A DNA stretch of 24,000 nucleotides from Skermanella rosea (GTDB lineage Bacteria > Pseudomonadota > Alphaproteobacteria > Azospirillales > Azospirillaceae). Positions 19,397 through 24,000 of the stretch are shown in pieces. The stretch is from assembly GCF_016806835.2 (NCBI RefSeq), contig NZ_CP086111.1:3379471-3403470 (forward strand). The letters run 5' to 3'. The translations under genes and the position numbers were made by a program. Every line of letters starts with the position of its first letter. Position 1 is the stretch's first letter. The notes beneath the pieces were generated by a model, which made no database searches, was not told the DNA's origin, and saw only the letters and a list, made by a program, of their open reading frames with translations.

Positions 19397-20785
19397 TCAG
19401 ACATCGGCCGCGGAGAAGATCGACTTCTTGATGATCGCATGGACGCCCCAGTTGCCGTCCACCACCTGGGTGATGCCGAAATCGACGCCCAGCGACATCA
19501 ATGAAATGGCTTCGTCCTCGGTCAGCCCCTTCGCGTTCATCAGGAACCGGCGCATCTTCCGGAAGGCGTCCCGGAGGGCGAGATCCACGGACGACTTCTC
19601 GTAGATCGCCGACTGGGCGCTGGATCCCAGCTGCTCCAGGTAGTTCGGATAGCTGAACCCGTGCATCACCCAATCCTCCGCCGTTTCCAGCATCGGATAG
19701 TCCAGCCCTTCCAGGGCGGTGCCGGCCAGATCGGCGGCCTTGTGCAGGATGAACTGGAATGTTCCGGTGAAGGAACATTCGATCGCCGTACCGCACAGTT
19801 CCGAATCGCCCTGGGAGGCGTGCGGGTCCCCGGCAGAGAACAGGGCGCCCGGCACGGCGACCGGGTAATACATGGTCGCCCCTTTGCCAAGCCGCCAATT
19901 GTCCATGTTGCCGCCGAAATAGGCGGGAGGAACGGAATCGACGAGCTCCGCCTCCCGGGGGGCGACACCGAGGACCCCGAAATGCGGGCGTACCGGGATG
20001 CGGATGCCTTTCAGCACGTCGAAGTTCTTCTGGATCGTCGAGTGATCGACGGGAACGCCGGGATAATCGATCTTGCCATGGACGACCCCGAACGGGTCCG
20101 TCTGCGGCGTCCAGCGGTAATTATAGACGGCCTTGGCCCAGTTCCTCTCCCCCCGCGCGTCGATCTCGTAGATCGTTATGACCTCGCGCTCCTTGGGCTC
20201 GGTCAGCAGGTCCTTGTAGTGATAGCCCCACCACGCGGCGGCATTGACCCCGAAGGTCTTGCCGGCGAATTCCGGGTTCGCGCTGGGCCGCGGCTTCATG
20301 TCCACGATGCGGACCTCCAGCACGTCGCCGGGCTCGGCGCCCCGGATCGCCACCGGGCCGGTGCAGATGTGAACGCCGAACCCCTCGCCGGCCCCACGGC
20401 CGTGGATCGAGGCATCCATCGGGCCGGCGCCCCGGCGATCGACGTTCTTCTTCTCCCGTGTCCAGTGGAAGACGCTTTCGGCACCGGGATCGCCCGTCAC
20501 CATCCGCTCGGCATCGTCGTTGGCATGGTGGGTCAGCGTCTCTATCGTGACGAAATCGCCAGGCGAAATTTCGACGCGCGGCTTCAGGCTCTTGCTGAAG
20601 TAACCCCAGTGCACCGTGTCGGCCGTGGCCGGCAGGTAGTGGTGGCTGATCCGCTCCGGCTGCCGCACCTGCGCCGCCGCCGCCATCGCGGGGGTGACGA
20701 GCGACAGTCCGCCGGCTCCCAGAACGCCGGCGCCGCCTGCGGCGGCAAAGGCGCTCTTCAGGAAAGTCCGGCGCTCATGATCCAT
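19397..20785 (-). CDS. Acetamidase/formamidase family protein with Tat signal
   Basis: MDHERRTFLKSAFAAAGGAGVLGAGG (twin-arginine signal) then FmdA_AmdA-type sequence: VEISPGDFVTIETL, GPVAIRGAEPGDVLEVRIVDMKP, GDPHASQGDSELCGTAIECS. ORF is open upstream to 21073. Confidence 0.92.
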   Translation of the reverse strand: MDHERRTFLKSAFAAAGGAGVLGAGGLSLVTPAMAAAAQVRQPERISHHYLPATADTVHWGYFSKSLKPRVEISPGDFVTIETLTHHANDDAERMVTGDPGAESVFHWTREKKNVDRRGAGPMDASIHGRGAGEGFGVHICTGPVAIRGAEPGDVLEVRIVDMKPRPSANPEFAGKTFGVNAAAWWGYHYKDLLTEPKEREVITIYEIDARGERNWAKAVYNYRWTPQTDPFGVVHGKIDYPGVPVDHSTIQKNFDVLKGIRIPVRPHFGVLGVAPREAELVDSVPPAYFGGNMDNWRLGKGATMYYPVAVPGALFSAGDPHASQGDSELCGTAIECSFTGTFQFILHKAADLAGTALEGLDYPMLETAEDWVMHGFSYPNYLEQLGSSAQSAIYEKSSVDLALRDAFRKMRRFLMNAKGLTEDEAISLMSLGVDFGITQVVDGNWGVHAIIKKSIFSAADV

Positions 20786-21082
20786 CGTATTCAGGAAAGC
20801 CCGGCGATGCTCCTCGAAATCCGGGCAGTTGCGGTCGTCACCTTGGCACATTTTCTTGCTTCTCCGCTCTGGTCCAGGCCCACCATGCGCAGGGGCCTGC
20901 TGTGCGCCCGCGCGCATAATACCGTATGCAAGCGTCGGGCCTGTATGCGGGGACGGCAGAGATCCTTCGGCGATATGACAGGTCGTGCCTATGGAAGCGG
21001 CATAGGGACCCTTGCCGGTGCAGCCCATTGCCGTGTTCGCGACCATGGTTGACGCGAAAGGGCGGCGGGCCAATTAAGCTTC

Positions 21083-22120
21083 ATGCTGTCGTTCCTTCAT
21101 CCTGTCCGGGCGTTCCTCGTTCCGGCGCTTCTGATACTCGGCCTCTTCGCGGTCGTTTCCCCTGCATCCGGCCAACCGGCCCGGCCGATTGACCGGGCGG
21201 TGCTGGACGGGGCGCTCGCACAGGCCGCCGACCTGCCGGCCCTCCGCTCGCTGATCGTCGCCCGGGACGGCGTCCCGGTCGTGGAGCATGTCTTCGACGG
21301 ACCAAGCCTGGACCGTCCGGTGAACGTGAAGTCGCTGTCGAAGACCGTGATCGCGGCGCTGACCGGCATCGCCATCGACCGGGGCGTCTTCGAGGGAGTC
21401 GATCAGCCGATCGTCGAGATCCTGGGAAGCCGGGTGCCCGCCGGTGCCGATCCGCGGCTGGAACGGGTGACCATCGATCACCTGCTGGCGATGCGCTCCG
21501 GGCTGGAGCGGACATCAGGCCCCTTCTATGGCCGATGGGTGACCAGCCGCGATTGGGTGAGCTTCGCCCTGGCGCGCCCCTTCGTCGACGAGCCGGGCGC
21601 CGGCATGCTCTATTCGACAGGAAATTCGCACATCCTGTCCGCCGCCCTGACCCGAGCGGCGGGGCGCAGCACCCTGGCCCTGGCACGCGACTGGCTCGGC
21701 GAGCCGCTGGGCATCGACGTGCCGGCATGGCAGCGCGATCCGCAGGGCATCTATTTCGGCGGCAACAACATGCTTCTGTCGCCCCGCGCCCTGCTTCGCT
21801 TCGGTGAGCTTTACCGCAATGGCGGCGTGGCGGACGGCCGCCGCATCCTGTCGGAAGGTTGGATCCGCGCCTCCTGGACCCCGCAGGCTCGATCAGTGCA
21901 TACCGGGGACAGCTACGGCTATGGTTGGTTCATTCGGGAGATGCAGGGGCATACCGTCTATTACGCCTGGGGCTATGGCGGGCAGATGCTGTATGTCGTG
22001 CCTGACCTGGGACTCACCGTAGTCATGACTTCCGACCCGGACTCGCCCTCGGGGCGGACCGGCTATGTCCGGGACCTGCATGCGGTGATGGCGGACGGAA
22101 TTATTCCGGCTGCGAAATAG
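21083..22120 (+). CDS. Serine hydrolase, beta-lactamase (class C)/PBP-like family
   Basis: Signal peptide, SLSK (SxxK) motif in NVKSLSKTVIAALTG, YSTGN in the YxN position, conserved YGYGWFIR and GYGGQ. Confidence 0.92.
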   Translation: MLSFLHPVRAFLVPALLILGLFAVVSPASGQPARPIDRAVLDGALAQAADLPALRSLIVARDGVPVVEHVFDGPSLDRPVNVKSLSKTVIAALTGIAIDRGVFEGVDQPIVEILGSRVPAGADPRLERVTIDHLLAMRSGLERTSGPFYGRWVTSRDWVSFALARPFVDEPGAGMLYSTGNSHILSAALTRAAGRSTLALARDWLGEPLGIDVPAWQRDPQGIYFGGNNMLLSPRALLRFGELYRNGGVADGRRILSEGWIRASWTPQARSVHTGDSYGYGWFIREMQGHTVYYAWGYGGQMLYVVPDLGLTVVMTSDPDSPSGRTGYVRDLHAVMADGIIPAAK

Positions 22121-22378
22121 CCTAGGCACCATGGCTGTCCAAACGTTCGGATACCCCCTGCCCCGGTTTTTCCCGACCGGCACCGCCCACTGGCCCCGGT
22201 TGTACTGGTCTGTCGCCTCAACAATGATAGATTCGGTTATCAGGGATACGGTCGGCGGCACCCGGCCAGGGTGACCGCACGGTCCGGCCCACAGGTCGAC
22301 GGCCGATGAATCGTGCCACCTGCGTAATGACCGCAGCATGACCGCTTCTGACGGCCGCTCTCACAGGGAGGCAGGAAG

Positions 22379-23188
22379 ATGGCGAACAGAACGGCGACGA
22401 ACGGATCTTCGATCCGGGAAGTGGCTTACGGCGAAGCCTATCCCGGCGTGCGCAAGATCGATTTGAACGATATCAGGGACGCTTTGTCGAAGGGTGTCGA
22501 CGATTTCCTCGCGACGCCCACGCAGTTGCTTTTCCTCGGCATCATCTATCCGCTGGTCGGACTGGTCGCCGCCCGCTGGGCCTATGGCGCCGACCTCCGC
22601 CCGCTGCTCTACCCGATGATCGCGGGACTGACGCTGATGGGGCCGGTCGCCGCCATCGGCATCTACGAACTCAGCCGGCGCCGCGAACAGGGCAAGCCCG
22701 TCTCCTGGCTGAATGCCTTCGACGTGTTGAAATCCCCGGCGATCGGCTCGATCATGGTGCTGGCCGTCGGACTGGCGGCGCTGTTCGTCGCGTGGCTGGC
22801 CGCCGCCTCCGCGATCTACGAGGCGACACTGGGCGCGTCCATGGCGGCACCGGAGGGCGGGTTCCTGTACCGCGTCTTCAACACGGCCGAGGGATGGCAG
22901 ATGATCCTCCTCGGCAACCTGGTGGGGTTCCTGTTCGCCGTGGTGGTGCTGGCGACCTCCGTGGTGTCCTTCCCGCTGCTGTTGGACCGCGACGTCGGGC
23001 CGGCCGCCGCGGTCAAGACCTCGCTCCGGGCGGTCATGGCCAACCCCGTCCCGATGGCGGCCTGGGGCCTCGTGGTCGCCGTGTCCATCGCGGTCGGATC
23101 CGTGCCCTTCTTCGTCGGCCTGGCGGTCGTGATGCCGATCCTGGGTCATGCCACCTGGCACCTCTACCGCAAGGTCATCGTGAACTGA
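22379..23188 (+). CDS. DUF2189 domain membrane protein
   Basis: VRKIDLNDIRDALSKGVDDFLATPTQLLFLGIIYPLVGLVAARWAYG and multiple transmembrane segments; HLYRKVI C-terminus. Confidence 0.85.
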   Translation: MANRTATNGSSIREVAYGEAYPGVRKIDLNDIRDALSKGVDDFLATPTQLLFLGIIYPLVGLVAARWAYGADLRPLLYPMIAGLTLMGPVAAIGIYELSRRREQGKPVSWLNAFDVLKSPAIGSIMVLAVGLAALFVAWLAAASAIYEATLGASMAAPEGGFLYRVFNTAEGWQMILLGNLVGFLFAVVVLATSVVSFPLLLDRDVGPAAAVKTSLRAVMANPVPMAAWGLVVAVSIAVGSVPFFVGLAVVMPILGHATWHLYRKVIVN

Positions 23189-23243
23189 TCAACTCAGTGT
23201 GATTGGAAAAGCGCCGGGCGGAACAGCTTTACGGGTTACGTGT

Positions 23244-23276
23244 TGTTCCTGAAGACACCTATAGATTTCAGGAACA
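23244..23276. promoter_or_regulatory. 10-bp perfect inverted repeat with 13-nt spacer immediately upstream of the following gene
   Basis: TGTTCCTGAA (23244-23253) ... TTCAGGAACA (23267-23276); right arm contains AGGA likely Shine-Dalgarno for ATG at 23284. Confidence 0.75.
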
Positions 23277-23283
23277 TCGCGAA

Positions 23284-24000
23284 ATGCGCACGCTCCCCAC
23301 TGCCTCGTTCCTTCTCGCCGCGGCAGGGCTGACCCTGGCCGGCTGCGGCGAGAACGCGTCGCTTCCTGTTTCGGCCGGCACGGGGCCGAACCCGGAACTG
23401 CCGGCTCCCAACGAGGAGTCGCCGATCCCCACGGTCCACATCGCCCCGGCGAAGGGCTGGCCGGAGGGCGCCAAGCCGACGGCGGCCCAGGGCCTCGGCG
23501 TGACCGAGTTCGCCGCCGGCCTGGATCATCCCCGCTGGCTCCACGTGCTACCCAACGGCGACGTCCTGGTGGCCGAGTCCAACGCCCCGCCCAAGGACGA
23601 GAACGGCGGGATCAAGGGCTGGGTCATGAACCTGGTGATGAGCAGGGCCGGTGCCGGCGTGCCCAGCGCCAACCGGATCAGCCTGCTGCGCGACGGCGAC
23701 GGCGACGGCATCGCCGAGACCAAGACCGCGTTCCTCGAAAATCTGTTCTCGCCGTTCGGCATGTTCCTGGTCGGCAACGACCTGTACGTGGCGAACGCCG
23801 ACGCGATCGTGCGCTTCCCGTACGAGGAAGGCCAGACGAAGATCACGGCGCCGGGGACCAAGGTGGTCGACTTGCCGGCCGGCATCAATCATCACTGGAC
23901 CAAGAACGTCATCGCCAGCCCGGACGGCAAGCTGCTGTACGCGACCGTCGGCTCCAACAGCAATGTCGGCGAGAACGGCATGGAGATCGAGGAAGGCCGC
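23284..24000 (+). CDS. PQQ-type sorbosone dehydrogenase-like lipoprotein, truncated by window end
   Basis: [26 protein letters not shown] (lipobox) ... [30 protein letters not shown]...[53 protein letters not shown]; frame open to base 24000. Confidence 0.9.
   Translation, partial: MRTLPTASFLLAAAGLTLAGCGENASLPVSAGTGPNPELPAPNEESPIPTVHIAPAKGWPEGAKPTAAQGLGVTEFAAGLDHPRWLHVLPNGDVLVAESNAPPKDENGGIKGWVMNLVMSRAGAGVPSANRISLLRDGDGDGIAETKTAFLENLFSPFGMFLVGNDLYVANADAIVRFPYEEGQTKITAPGTKVVDLPAGINHHWTKNVIASPDGKLLYATVGSNSNVGENGMEIEEGR

Overview
24 kb of high-GC chromosomal sequence, probably from an alphaproteobacterium (a Rhodospirillales/Azospirillum- or Skermanella-like origin is my inference from protein style). 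Most of it is ordinary housekeeping/accessory content: a complete fruB(EIIA-HPr-EI)-fruK-fruA phosphotransferase operon, a DUF1194 VWA protein, a polytopic membrane protein, a DUF1275 protein, a TrpD/YbiB-like protein, a PAS_5-type protein, a putative lipoprotein, an aldo/keto reductase, a Tat-type acetamidase/formamidase, a class-C-type serine hydrolase, a DUF2189 protein and the start of a sorbosone-dehydrogenase-like lipoprotein. The best structural signals are: (1) a KaiC-like double-ATPase gene split exactly inside its first Walker A motif by a 1275-bp ISAs1-like element with perfect 18-bp inverted repeats and a perfect 10-bp target duplication, so the ancestral GRPGTGKT can be rebuilt; (2) a 580-bp internally deleted IS4/IS50-like remnant with a 9-bp target duplication just upstream; (3) a NYN-domain protein with several OST-HTH/LOTUS-like segments; (4) a symmetric GGAAC-N17-CGTT sequence that reads as an EcfG-type stress promoter on both strands; (5) a 10-bp perfect dyad whose right arm contains the likely Shine-Dalgarno of the sorbosone-dehydrogenase-like gene; (6) a free-standing intrinsic terminator suggesting a small plus-strand transcript. 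I see no CRISPR array, tRNA/rRNA or recognisable defence island. No clearly novel multi-gene system is demonstrable from the sequence alone.
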